Assembly: GCF_964204645.1 (NCBI RefSeq)
Contig: NC_134025.1
Location: 2,294,001-2,358,000, forward strand
Direction of reading: 5' to 3'
From: Tubulanus polymorphus
Taxonomy: Eukaryota; Animalia; Nemertea
Length of the DNA stretch: 64,000 nt
Shown here: positions 13,964 through 27,898 of the stretch, in pieces
Layout of the letters: each line of letters opens with the position of its first letter
Numbering within the stretch: position 1 is the first letter of the stretch
Notes under the pieces: model-generated
What the model saw: the letters and a program-made list of their open reading frames with translations, nothing else
Told to the model about the DNA's origin: nothing
Database searches by the model: none
Program-made: the position numbers and the translations under genes

Positions 13964-14700
13964 CTGGACCCAGTTCGACAGTATCAGAACCCAGTTCCAC
14001 AGTATCAGAACCCAGTTCCACGGTTCTAGACCCAGTTCCACAGTATCAGAACCCTGTTCCACAGTTCTGGACCAGTTCCACAGTATCAGATCCCTGTTTC
14101 ACAGTTCTAGACCCAGTTCCACAGTATCAGAACCCAGTTCCACAGTTCTGGACTAGTTCCACAGTTTCAGAACCCAGTTCCACAGTTCTGGACCAGTTCC
14201 ACAGTATCAGAACCCTGTTCCACAGTTCTAGACCTAGTTCCACAGTATCAGAACCCTGTTCCAACAGTTCTAGACCCAGTTCCACAGTATCAGAACCCTG
14301 TTCCAACAGTTCTAGACCCAGTTCCACAGTATCAGAACCCTGTTCCACAGTTCTGGACCAGTTCCACAGTATCAGATCCCTGCTCCACAGTTCTGGACCA
14401 GTTCCACAGTATCAGAACCCTGTTCCACAGTTCTGGACCAGTTCCACAGTATCAGATCCCTGTTTCACAGTTCTAGACCCAGTTCCACAGTATAAGATCC
14501 CTGTTCCACAGTTCTAGACCCAGTTACACAATATCAGAACCCTGTTCCACAGTTCTAGACCCAGTTCCACAGTTCTAGACCCAGTTCCACAATATCAGAA
14601 CCCTGTTCCACAGTTCTAGACCCAGATCCACAGTTGTAGACCCTGTTCCAGTGTATCAGAACCCAGTTCCACAGTTGTAGACCCAGTTCTACAGTTGTCA
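13964..14700. repeat. Minisatellite of about 35 interleaved 19-21 bp units sharing the core CC(A/T)GTTCCACAGT
   Basis: Unit variants CCAGTTCCACAGTATCAGAAC, CCAGTTCCACAGTTCTAGAC and CCAGTTCCACAGTTCTGGA are directly visible. Confidence 0.95.
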
Positions 14701-14820
14701 GTTAATCATTGACTCATTGACTCATTCTTATTAAATGCACAAGCTCTATCATGCACTCTATAAACGATTTCTTCGTTTTAGAGAGTCCATTCCAATTCAC
14801 GACTGTGAAACTGGGCCCTG
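14681..14820. mobile_element. MITE-like element, family A (termini GGGCCCAGTTCCACAGT...ACTGTGAAACTGGGCCC)
   Basis: The left end CCCAGTTCTACAGTTGTCAGTTAATCATTGACTC matches the copy at 63940-63974; inverted right terminus at 14801-14820. Confidence 0.7.
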
Positions 14821-17800
14821 ATATTCAAGAGTTCTGAGTCGCTATATCTCATAACATCGATCAATAGCCCGGTGTATTCTATCAGGAAGGTGCATTCTGC
14901 GACCCATATTGTTCAACCGAGGCGTTGCTCTTCATAACCCACATCATCGCCAGTAGAGTTGGGTATATCGAAGATGAAACGACGACGGAATGATCGCTTA
15001 CGGCCAAATCACAGTAAACTGATCATTTAATTTGTGATGACAGTAAATTCTATCATTTTGTCTACAGAAACAATGCCTTTCCCAACCAGTTAATTGTTCC
15101 GATAATTATATGTTTTCGTGTCGTTTTTCTGCATTCGTATTTCCACTCAGATTCCATTACATTTATGACTGAATCATCGGTGATTATCCCACGTAAAACA
15201 TGACACATACGCTCACCACACCACATACACACCACAGCATCTCATCATTAGATCGATATCATAATTTTCTTGATATTCGCTGAACACTAAAGAAATGTAT
15301 TAAGAATGTAGATCAGAAATGCAAAGCTATATGCGACCGTGACAAGTAGATCAAAAAGTTTTCTTGCACTGATAAATAGTTCGCTCTCAGACACTTTCTG
15401 GATGGGAAATTCGCTCTAAGGAACAATTACAACCAGAAAAACGTCTGTGTTCAAACCTACGCTACTTTTGTCTTCTTTATTTGTAATTATTTCACAAGAA
15501 ATTGCAAAGTGCCCCAATCCATTCATACCTGAACTCGACGATCGTGACTAAGTGTAGAATCAAACAGTATTCGACGAGTTGAGAACGCAGTCAGGAATAA
15601 TATCAAGATAGTGTTTAATTGGAAGGATAAATTGGAATTGCAGCCAGAAAAAGATAATTGCGATTGAATAAGCTGCACTTGACTTGGTCTCGGTTCTCAT
15701 TATCGAAATTCGTTTTCGCCGCCGAATCAACTCGAGCTATCCTCGCGGCACAAAGCATTAACGACTTCATCCGCACTTTATTGTCGTAAAATAATACACG
15801 GTTGACGTTTACATAAAAAAAGAGCTCTACAACACTCGCATCTTTATACGGGGGGCAATAAAGCGCGCGGCCATCACGTACCGAGTCTTATACCTTTAAC
15901 AAAATGAGATCATGCAAAATCATTTAATGATGCATTTATACAGGTCTAGTTTTACAGTCGAATGAGTTACTGGAGAATGTTTGCCCATACACAACACACA
16001 CAGTCATCACAACCTCATCCTCGATTCATACTCTGGTTTTTTTTTCGGTATTCATTACTACTGCATCTTTCAGCGGTAACTGTTTTAATTGTAAAATGTT
16101 ATTAATAGTCACGTCCTCGAGTTTTCGATCCGCCACGAAATCACAATGACGTCAGGTGTAAGTACGATTCGTGCGAACTTCGCGAATAAGTTTCGAACAA
16201 AAAAAAAAGACGTCGATGAGAAATTCTCGAATGAAATACACGAACAATTGAGATATAGTTTTAAATAAGTGTGGACATTAATTCGATATTTTTTATATCA
16301 ATGGTTGACCTTAAAAGAAGCTTTTGTGTTGTTTGTTCCAATTATTCCGATGATTGATAGTCACAGACAAAAAACTAAAAACCCTCATAAAAACCGAATC
16401 CTATATGTCATTTGGAAAGTGTAGTTGCATTCAGTTATTGTATTGTGTTTAATTAGGTATTGTGTACGACCGAGATTCGCCGCTTGTTCTAACAAAAGAA
16501 TCACTTTTTTGCCTGTTTGTAGCTCATTGCAGACGACTCCTAATAAGGTGTAATTATGCGATCAACTGCACAAAAACACAAAATGATATTAATTGTTTGC
16601 AACTTTATAATTGTGGGAGTTGCATGCGAGAAAATCATATTCGTCCATGTACAGTTATTACTAATTACTAGGTTTTATCATTATATTTAGGACAGTTAAT
16701 TTGCTTGCATGTTCTGGTTTTTGAGTGTTTACCAGGTTTTCTACTTCACTATGATATATTTCCCCCAATTAACTTATTTCGCTCGTAAAAAAAAAACAAA
16801 AAACTATCGAGTATCCATGATCTTTTCATCAGGAACAGCAGCTGAAACTTTTTCTAATCACTTCGATGAAACGCTATACCGTATTTTTGACTTCGTTAAA
16901 CTTTTGAAATCGTCTCAAATATTCCGATTTGAATTCAGTTTCATGACAAACAAAGGTTGAATATACCGGCTTCTCGATGGTCACGATATGTACTTTGCTT
17001 TGCTGCTGTGCATTTCATGTTTCACGACAAAAATTAGCCATCAAAATATTTAGTTACGTAGTCGTTTTTTAGTAATGTTTCATCCAACAACCTTATCACA
17101 TGATGGATAACGTAACTCGAGACGACGAACTGAACGCGGTCTGAAAAAAAAATCTTTACTTCTGTGATTGCGGCGTATTTTTGTCACCGCACAGATTTAT
17201 ACAGCATTTAGACGTAATAACCCAGTGGTTAACATCGATTTAATGTGTCTTCATATAAAACAGAAATCCATCCCCAGTAAACGCGTCATTCAGTTATTAC
17301 AGCTATCATTAAATATTCGAAGATAATCGTCGATGTGCGGATAATTTTATTTGTAGTTCTCTCAACGCGTTCAGCCGCAATAAAATATCCAGATTTAGAA
17401 CAGCGACAACTCCATAGCTCTAGCTGTACCAGTGAAATTGTTTTATTGGGGTTTTATTTATATGGAAGAAGAGAATAATGATGGTAGTTTTTCGAAAGCG
17501 ATATTTTTGTTTGATATTGCAGATATCCTGCTGAAGGCGTGTAACCCAACAAGCAGTATCGATTCTATTGCAAAAACGTTGTGAGATTTGAGTAATGATA
17601 TCATTTCATATACCACAAGCGAAATATGCTTTCATCTTTACGTCACTAACCACGTATTTCCCGTTCCAAACTCAACTAACATGTTTCCGAATATAGAAAT
17701 GAACTATTCTATATTTGTCATTTCCCTTTTTGATTTTCTATTTATGAAAGCTATCTAAAACGTCTGGCTATAAGCGATCGTAAACGCAATCACAGTATTG

Positions 17801-18242
17801 TATGTATTTCGTGGAAGCTTCTAGATTATATTTGTTGCTGAATCGTTAACAAATTTCCACATGGAAAATACATTAAACTAAAACTTATAATGTCCTTTGG
17901 AAAATGATGCCAGACTTCGACCTTGGAATAATTATCTTGATAATTACTGCAAGTAGGCTACCGCGGGACTGGATTCAAAAGTGGACGATTTCTACTGCTA
18001 TCGTTTTCAAGCCTTCGTGATTCATTTTGTGATAAATATGGAAATTGATTTGAATTATCGAATCAGCCCGCGAGGTCACGAGACGCGAGTCAGGCAAGGT
18101 CACTGTTTACACCCGGTTACAACTCTCTCGGTGAAAAAGTCCAGTCAACCAGAAAAAAACGTTATTTATTAATTAATAAGTTCTAAATACATAATAACTG
18201 TAGGATCTATGTTTTTATTATTCTACGAGGAATTATGATTCA

Positions 18243-18335
18243 GGGGCGGGAATTTTGCCGATGGAGGCGTGAGCGAGATGGCTTGATTGGTCGACGCAGT
18301 ATAATAGCATCAATTGAAGTGCAGTATTATAGAAC
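18243..18335 (+). promoter_or_regulatory. FoxG-a proximal promoter: GC box, inverted CCAAT box, TATA-like element
   Basis: GGGGCGGG 18243-18250, TGATTGG 18284-18290, GTATAATA 18299-18306, about 130-190 bp upstream of the ATG. Confidence 0.6.
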
Positions 18336-18434
18336 GGTTGTCAGCTGATTGTCACCATATTCTACAATAACTTCACTATTCATAAAGGATATTTTACAAT
18401 CTATGCTACAAAACTTGTTTGAAAGTTTACAAAG

Positions 18435-19685
18435 ATGTTGTCGTCGTCGAACAGCTTAGAAATGAAGCCGTCAACTCAAAAACGGCGCTGTTCGTTTAGT
18501 ATTTGTAGCGTTCTCGGTATGGAAGAAGATGAACCGATGGAAAATACTTCCACAAATAATAACTATCTCAGAAATGGAGAAAGTCATCGCGAAGATTCGG
18601 AAAATCTGGACGTCGAAACTGTTGATGTTGATGAAATCGGCAGCGGAGGGTCATCGCCGGTGCCCGAAATCGGCGACGATTCTGTCGAGTTTAAAACCGA
18701 TAGCGATCATTTGATATTAGGACTTAATAAAACTGAAGATGGCGAAGAAATGGAGTTAAAATCGACTGATGATAAGATTAAGGCGAACAATAGCCGCGGT
18801 GAGAAACCGCCGTTCAGTTATAACGCGTTGATAATGATGGCGATTCGTAGTTCACCCGAAAAACGACTCACATTAAACGGAATTTACGAATTCATTATGA
18901 AAAACTTTCCGTATTACAGAGATAATAAACAAGGTTGGCAAAATTCAATTCGTCATAATCTGAGTTTGAATAAGTGTTTCGTTAAAGTACCAAGACATTA
19001 CGATGATCCGGGTAAAGGTAACTATTGGATGTTAGATCCTTCGAGTGATGATGTATTTATTGGCGGTACGACAGGTAAACTGAGAAGAAGGTCGACTGCG
19101 GCCTCGAGGAGTCGACTCGCTGCCTTCAGGCGCTCGGCTCTTCCCACTAGATTTCCGGACATTTACTCGTTAACTCAACAAGGGAAACCAGTATGGCCAA
19201 TGTCACCAGTTCTGCTGCAGCATCCGAACGCAGTCAATGCGTTAGGTCGTTACGGGTTCTCGTACGGTCTTTTAGACCCGAGCCAACATTTCATGTCGAG
19301 GAACGTGTCTTCGTTATTACCATCGAGAGCATTTTCAATGGACAGATTGTTAGCTACTGATACAACCGTTCCGCCGAGTACATCACCCCCAGCCGCTGCC
19401 GCTGCCGCAGCTGCTGCTTCTGCCGTGTCATTCTGGAATTCTTTACGAACCGCCTCGACGAATCCAGTTTTCTACCAGTCCTCGCAGCTTTCCCCTTCAT
19501 TATCGGCAGCGACTCACCCCGCATTCACCGGCGCAGGGTATCATCACCCATCGATACGGACCTTACCGCTATCTCAAATAGGTCAAACTGGACCGACGAA
19601 CCTATCCGTACATCAACAAACCTCGCCCAAACCGGCGCACAGTGAACGAACTCAATCTGTGACTATTATCAATCGGACAAATTAG
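18435..19685 (+). CDS. FoxG: Forkhead box G (FoxG/BF-1/sloppy-paired-like) transcription factor, paralog a, single coding exon, 416 aa
   Basis: Forkhead domain [38 protein letters not shown]...[35 protein letters not shown] is followed by the FoxG-diagnostic [20 protein letters not shown]-terminal eh1 motif FSICSVLG (18495-18518), C-terminal Groucho-binding-like FSMDRLL (19332-19352), poly-Ala tract. Confidence 0.97.
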   Translation: MLSSSNSLEMKPSTQKRRCSFSICSVLGMEEDEPMENTSTNNNYLRNGESHREDSENLDVETVDVDEIGSGGSSPVPEIGDDSVEFKTDSDHLILGLNKTEDGEEMELKSTDDKIKANNSRGEKPPFSYNALIMMAIRSSPEKRLTLNGIYEFIMKNFPYYRDNKQGWQNSIRHNLSLNKCFVKVPRHYDDPGKGNYWMLDPSSDDVFIGGTTGKLRRRSTAASRSRLAAFRRSALPTRFPDIYSLTQQGKPVWPMSPVLLQHPNAVNALGRYGFSYGLLDPSQHFMSRNVSSLLPSRAFSMDRLLATDTTVPPSTSPPAAAAAAAAASAVSFWNSLRTASTNPVFYQSSQLSPSLSAATHPAFTGAGYHHPSIRTLPLSQIGQTGPTNLSVHQQTSPKPAHSERTQSVTIINRTN

Positions 19686-19709
19686 TTTATGATATATCAT
19701 TCAACTATC

Positions 19710-19730
19710 TATATATATATATATATATAT
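19710..19730. repeat. (TA)n microsatellite in the FoxG-a 3' UTR
   Basis: Directly visible about 25 bp after the stop. Confidence 0.85.
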
Positions 19731-21765
19731 CGTAGGATATCAATTTTCTAAACTAAAACTATTTAAAGTGAGTATATACGTATTTTAACTGTATGTGCTA
19801 AACTCCGTACTAGTCATTTATCAGTATCTAATGTTTTGCCATCATTTGTAATAATTCGATCGGTTGAAATATAAAGCTCTTTATAATATTCAAAACAATT
19901 GATAACTTTTATGAAATGTTTGTGTAAAGGAGGTATTTGGATTAGTAGTAACTATAGAATCAATAGTTTCTGGACTTTTTTCCACTTTTTACTAGTGACA
20001 CCTGGCGAATCCTGACAGATGTATTTAAGGTATAGCATAGGTTTATATGCATCGATTTGAAAAAAACCTCAATGACTAATTCAACTGATCCTGAGATTAC
20101 GTCAGGCAAATACATCCTCTCCGTGAGTCTGCAATTTTAGAATTTGCCGCGTACAAACCTGCCCCAAAACATAAAACATCTCTCGAGTGGTAGCTTTTTT
20201 AGGTTTTTGATATTGAATTCGATTAAAAATGATTAACACGAGGAAATAAGGACCGCGCCCGAGTGTACAGTTTCATGCATTGATCTCAGATACTTGTGTG
20301 TTTGAAAACGGAGATTGTATAAGAGTTATCGAGGCAATTCAACAACACGACAACACCTTAAAAATCACCAAAACACCGAGTATAATATTCATGATGTGTC
20401 GCTTTAACGATTCCGGACAATTTTCAAAACAAGCATGTAAGCGTAGGAAGGCTTGGAACGTATAAAATCGATACAGAGTGAAGATGTTGGTTACGCCTTT
20501 CATAAAAAAAAACACAAACAACATCCTTAAACATTATGTAATTACATTTGTATATTTGAAAATCGCTTCAGAGCTTCAAAAATGATGGTTCATTTTGTCT
20601 TTTCTTCAACTGCACGGTCTGCGTTCAAAGCCTACGGTGCCTCGAGCTTCACAGCCCCGGAAGTCGTACCGCTTTCATAGCCTTACCGAGCGAAACAAAA
20701 CCCTGCGGGGGTCTTTACAACAAGATAGTTTTTAAAAAACTGGAAGAGCTTTCATATCAATCTGTCTCACCTCACAGCGCTGTACGACAGAGCCGAATAG
20801 TCAGAATGTATATGGTTTTATAAAATACAATCTTTCGGTAAGAAAATATGTTATAATTTCAAACACGCCGAATACATAATGAAATACAAATACAGTCCAG
20901 AAATTACACATTACAGAATTTTCCGGAAAATTCAGGAAGATGTTTTTCCGCAAATACAAGTCAGAAGCATGAAGACTCGTAACTAGATATGTTTATACTT
21001 TAAATACTTGTCACGTATCCCGAAGACATCAACATTATTCAATAAATCAACTTATTTATTGTAAATAACGTTCAAATAATTCCTCAGTTCGATTTCTGAG
21101 ATTTACTGTCAGTAACGCTCTATTTGTTTTCTATCTATAGATATCTATTTTGCCTATAAGCGACGGTTTTATCGATTAATTCGGTTATTCGAGAAAATGT
21201 GCATTTCATATCGGAGATTTCCTCTATCCATGAAATTGTTCAAATAAACACAGTCATTCGACTCGAAATGAATTAAACATTACGATAATTGGAACGTACG
21301 CACAATATCTCTTTCTTTCTTTAGTTCGAGAATTATTTCAGTTTTTTTCCACTTCCCTTTCGGTTTTCGGTCGGTTTATACATGAGAATTGAAATTCAAA
21401 TGAACCGATCGCATCAAAGACCGAAAATGTTTTACTTTCGATAATTGCAACTTTGTACCGTCTGTTCTGATGCTGTCATTGCTTTGTAAAACTACCAACT
21501 CATCAACTACACGACTGTTATTTGCAGCGAGCTAAGGTATAATCCGGTCATAATTATGGCCAATAATAGTCGGCAAGAAGATCGCAACTTCTTCACTTCC
21601 GTAGGTAAGCCCCTTGTGTTCACGACGTCCGTCGGCCAACACGCAAAAACCCTCTCCCACGAGGCTTAATTACGTTTGATGAAGTAAAATGAGGAAGCGA
21701 ATCTGCAAATATTTTGTCACAAAACATGATTAGCTTTCATGTCGGTTATAGATGAGACGGTATTG

Positions 21766-22390
<625 letters not shown>

Positions 22391-25300
22391 TGACGTAACT
22401 GGGCGACGACCGATACTACCAGAACGTTATACGATATAATTGTTCCATTGTAAAACCGTGTTGCGTATTAAACTATGTAATTATTTTACCGGTAGGCGCA
22501 CGAAGCTCCGTTTTTCCCTAATCGGAAAACATTTTACCGATTTTACGTTGTAAACACGTTCGATTTTTGCCGTCAGCTGTTGATACAGATAAAAGGGTGT
22601 GTACTGCGCACACAACATCCGAGTATCAGTCGATATATTTCGATGACATCATATAGAAATCGTATCTTTTTTTGTTTAGCGATGTAATATACACGAAATC
22701 AACATTTTAGGAAACAACGCACGATTATTGACGTTACAGGGACGTGAACAGTTCTGACGTCACGTATACCTAAGTGATGTCATCACAGTTGTCGACGTCA
22801 CGGAGATGTACGTGTAATCGTCAACGTCACTGGTAAACTTTTAGAAGACAGTTAGGAAAGTAAACTTTAACCAACGCCCCTCCCCGCTAGGATTCCTTCA
22901 GGAAGTTTTATTTCTCGTTCCTAAATCCTGGTATTGTTTTCACAGTCGCTCATTAGTTTAGAATCGACGGCGAAGAAAACAGGAACTGCTTTAGACATCC
23001 GACTTAATCAGTACAAGAACGAACTTTCCAAAGCGATGACAAATGTTGTCTACGGTGTGTATGAATTCCCCTGGGTAGTTAGCTCTCACCTTTGAGGATA
23101 AACTCGCTTTGTAATAGATATAATTTCGTCATATTATCGGTGTCAAAATAAAATTGATATCATGCAATTAGCCGAGGATCTGTGGTGGCATTAGTCATCC
23201 CGATACTGTCAATGCATGGTTATTTGTTTCGTATGCAGTCATTATTGGCATATGTAGCACCAAAGCAAATCAGTGTTTTCAATATTTTGCAGAATTGCAG
23301 ACACTTTAACAGTTACAAATTACGGTGAACGCGCAGACATGAGACTGTCGCTGTCAACGAATGATATATACTTTCTACTTTCTATATCAATTTCCTCGCT
23401 AAGTAGAGTTTGACAAATGGATACCCTGAAACTTTCCTCGTATTTTCAGGGTCATAGCTTTTGAGACGTGCACTAGTTATAGGAAAGATGCCCTGAATGA
23501 TTTTCATCTTGACATATTTCGGTAAATGTATTGGCTATAGCCATGAACGCGGATATAGTCGCTTTTGATCGGGCCAAATTGGGCTTTTGGCACCAGTTCG
23601 AACGGTTAGCCCGGATCGAATCTGGCACCGGTCAAAAAATGGCTCGTGCGATCGGGTCTTCCGCTCACAATTCTATCAATAACATCTGGTGTAAGTATTT
23701 CGATAAAAGTTTGAGAAGAAAATTGCTCGGTTGAACGATGGGCTCGTGGACTCTAAAACGAGTTTTATGGTCCACATTTCAAACATCGTTGAATCGATAA
23801 CCGAAAACAAAATGGAACCACCGTGACAGATAATCGTTAAGTAACGCGTTAAGAGTATAAATACCGCCGAAAATGTGACTGCAGGCGATCAAATACATTA
23901 TACGCCGTATTTCAGGAAATAACAAACACTGACAGATCCACCCTAGACACATGGTACTCGTGTCAATTGATTTTTACGATTTTGTGCATACAAGCGAAAC
24001 ATTTGAACCTCGAAGTGGGCGTTAAAATATTAGAGTTATAGACGATTATAAAAACAGAATGAATATGATACTACGATATGGAATAACATAGAAGTGGATG
24101 TTGTTGTAAATACGATTCTTCCAGAGTTTATAGAATATCAATTTTCTTTTTCATTATAAACTAGATTTTCGCTGAAAGAAGTTCTTAAAGGAGTTTTCGT
24201 GAATGGCCACCTAATAGAGCGTAATAAATTAGTGTCAACGTCTGTCAATCTTCTCTTCTTATCAGTTAATAGCGGCGACAAAGCCGAAGTGACAGTTGTC
24301 AGTCGTATAAATAGAAACCAATTTTATGTTTCATTTTCGCGTGTTTACAAAGTTGATGAATTAAAAACTTGATTTATTGTCGACGATGACAATTCAGTCG
24401 CAGAACTGTATTCAAAACGTCAATACGTTGTAAGCACCTTTATATTTCTACCGTGAAGTTTTATTTTCATTTCGGATTAAAACATGACAAGGTTTGTTCT
24501 ATTTGCCCACCTTATTCTTTATATTTCTGTATTCTACATTATGTTTATTGTTGTGTCTGAAACCGCGTCTCGATCCAATTAATACACACTGTTTGACAAA
24601 CCCAATTCACTCGTGTAAGATGCCTTTCTCAAACCTGTTCCGATTCAAACATTTTATTTCTGCAGCCCTCGAATGTCTGTAAACTTCATTAAGTTAGAAA
24701 TGGAATAGATAAACATCGTAACAAGATCTTAGACTAATAAGTCAATTGATTTTGTTCTTTCTTGGCGGTATAAAGTCACCTCATCTCGACATTAACCCCA
24801 GATGTTTATGAGATTTGACATTATGATCTCATGCTGATTTCTCACTTATTTCCAATTTTCCAATTTCCAACATTTATTGATAGCTTTGTCTTGTATGAAA
24901 ACCCATTGTACCTGCGCTACTTTAATAAAATGCTGGTCTTAATGTAAATCAATAATGCGCAGATTCTGCATCTGCTGGATGATTGTTAAACGGATTAACG
25001 TTGGATTAAGAGTTGAGTCCTAACAACAGGGGTAGCGCAGTCTCTACCACAAACTAGAACGTGTCGGTATGTAAATAATTATGGCCCTCATCGACCTCAG
25101 GCTCGGGCATAAAATCGGCAGATGATTGAAACTTCGCCTATAAACATCAGTAGAGAAAATAATTGGACGTCAAGGTGGTTTTCTAACTGACGTCTATTTT
25201 ACTGATCATTCGCATTAGCGAGTGACCTCGGGGTTCGGGTATAACCGGAAAATTATCTCAGATATTTGTGAATATGGCCTCAGTTGGTTATAATGACCGG

Positions 25301-27644
25301 GCAGAATGTTGTAAAGCCTGTTGATTTTGTATACACACCTTCTCAATTCAGGCCAGTTTGCCTGGAAGCAGGGGTCCAACTTTTCTCGAAATAATAACAA
25401 CCATTTCACAATGCTATTGTGTACCCCAGAAATTGGGTTTCACAAAATAGTCCTTTGAAAAATCATGCGGGCCATTTCTTTGCCCGGAGGCAAAATGGAA
25501 ACCAGGAAAAATCCTAAACAATATCTACTACAGTAAAACCTTCTGTAAGAAACAACCAAGGCGTTCAAGAAAACCATTAATATTTCTCAGTTTGGGTATT
25601 GTTTGAGCGGTAATGTTTATAGGACAATAACTACCTCAGGAGGGCCGAGTCAAAGCTACAGGATAATCGTCAGGAATATAAGAAATCATAAGGCCGTGAA
25701 ATGCCGCTACACGTTTTTATTCAAACAGGATTTCTGTTGTGCTTTGTTGGTACAACATATTTCAACAAAACACGCCAGCCTTATGAAAAACCCTGCCCAA
25801 ATAGTGAAGCTACTTTTTCATCGGTTGATGGCACAATGAATATAACGGTTATCCGTGCGTCTATTCAAAACAGTTCTTAACAAGAAATAAAAAAAAATGC
25901 ATCATTACTGACCCTTGGGCTATGGGCTAAACTAAAAATTAATTCTCTCGTTTTTGAATTCATAAAGGAACCTAATGGTCGGGTCGGTTAGTAGTAAACT
26001 TTCAAATGAAAACATGTATTTATCCGTCCGACAATGAGCGAATAATAAAGACGTCCAGAGAGACCACATGCCGACCAATGCGGTCTTCAAACAAGGACGA
26101 ACGCATTCAGAGTTCGAGAAAAAAACACTTAAAAGGGCATATAGCATGACTTATTAAATATCTGACCAGGGGGCAGCAGTGTATGTATATGATATGAGAC
26201 AAAGTGTTACCATGGATGTCGGACAGCTCTTCAGATAGTTTATAAACCACTCGATACAATAACAGTGTGGTTATTAAAACACGCTGAGTACGTTGATTAC
26301 CCGTTGTATTTGTCGTAAACTGCACGGATAAGTGTCATTATACACGACTCTTATTCACGCCTTGGTTGCGACATCGGACACCATAACTATCACCTTCCAA
26401 TAGAACCAGTAAACAACACTGAGCGGTCATTACCGCCAATATCGAAAATTAGCTTTGTATATACTACAAGACTTCTACAATGACGAACTCTTTTTGATTC
26501 AATCGATATCATCTGCCTTCTTTGACTTCACTTGCGCATAATACGCGATTAGAACATTTCATGTTCTCTGTTTATGAATGAACTAATTTCGCTAATATGT
26601 TATATAGATTTCGATCTATTAAACGTGTAATAAAGAAGCTTCGTTTATCCATTTTCAAATGAATGCATCGCCCTTCAATAAATGTCGCGCCGGTGATTGA
26701 ACGATTGATTAATCAATTCCGGTTTATTGTAAGTAGATGAACGACTCGAACTCGTTTACTCATTTTTCACTTAACACCTAACCGTTTATATCACACGTAA
26801 TTAACGCATTTATTCATTAGATAAATGAATGATAGTCTTTAATGAAAATAACTGAATTATTTATAGATGCAACATAAATATTTCTCAATATGAAACCACT
26901 ATCGCGTCGTTATTTTAAATCGATGATAATTTACCAAATAGCCATTGCCCTCAGCGCGTGTATCAGTGCATTTTACAAGTTGATTCTAATTTCGTATTTC
27001 TATAAATGATTTTTCTCTTGTAAATCGCGAGAATTTATCGATTTAAAACACCGACATTTTCGTTTTCCACGCAGTACTTCTGATATTTACTTCGGAGGTG
27101 CCAAATTTTGTCAATTTCTCTTCAGGCGAAAAACGATGTTTCATCTCGTATCGCGTAATGATTCATAATTCAACTCAAAAATAGATATGAATAGCAATTA
27201 AAAGCCTGGTATTCCGTTGAGCTGGTTCTAGACTTTCAAAAAAAATGTGTAGAAAATGTCACGATAGAACATGGAGTTCACTGTTCGGTTTTCCAAAGAA
27301 AAAAAAATCTTTTTCACGCTTTTGTTTTTATCCTGAATTCAGTCAATATGATTGAACTGTCTTTTCGCCATATGTGCTCTGCGTTTTTGCAAACCCTCGA
27401 ATCAATTCCAATCGTTATTGTTTGATGTTCGTTGTTTCTGTTTGCTTGCAACATCTTGTTTTTGTTCCCGTTGTTTCCAACAGAGTTTTATTAGAAATTT
27501 CCTTTTTTTCATACGGATCAACGCGATAGGTTTTTCTTACGTCCCGTCACACACCTGTTGCACGTCGCAATTTCAATGATACACTGACTCAGTGGAACTC
27601 TAGACACAACGTTGAAAGTAACTAAACCCAAGGTCAGAAAGGTT

Positions 27645-27898
27645 AGATTTGGCCCAGGTCAAATAGGCCCGGATCTGAACCGAGTCAAATTTGGCCCGTG
27701 CCTAATTACTAACGCAAATCACTCACTCGATATGCTGATCTCAATAGGATGCTGTGACAAGCGGACGAGTGACTTCCAGTCCCATGTTTTCGGTCGGACC
27801 AAATTTGACCTTGACAAACAGGCACGGGCCCATTTAGCACCAATGTGAACGAGTCGAAAATTCAGCCCGGGTAAGAAACGCTCGCGTGATCGTGGCTA
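27645..27898. mobile_element. Family B element, inverted relative to 5231-5568
   Basis: AGTCAAATTTGGCCCG, AAATCACTCACTC and CCCGGGTAAGAAACGCTCGCGTGATCG are reverse-complement matches to the 5.2-5.6 kb copy. Confidence 0.65.

Noticed and set aside
13964-14700. CRISPR-like array, or Ser/Thr/Pro-rich mucin ORFs (13948-14517 and overlapping)
   Set aside because: Units are contiguous with no unique spacers, there are no cas genes and the context is eukaryotic. Mixed 19-21 bp unit lengths shift frame, so the ORFs are repeat artefacts.
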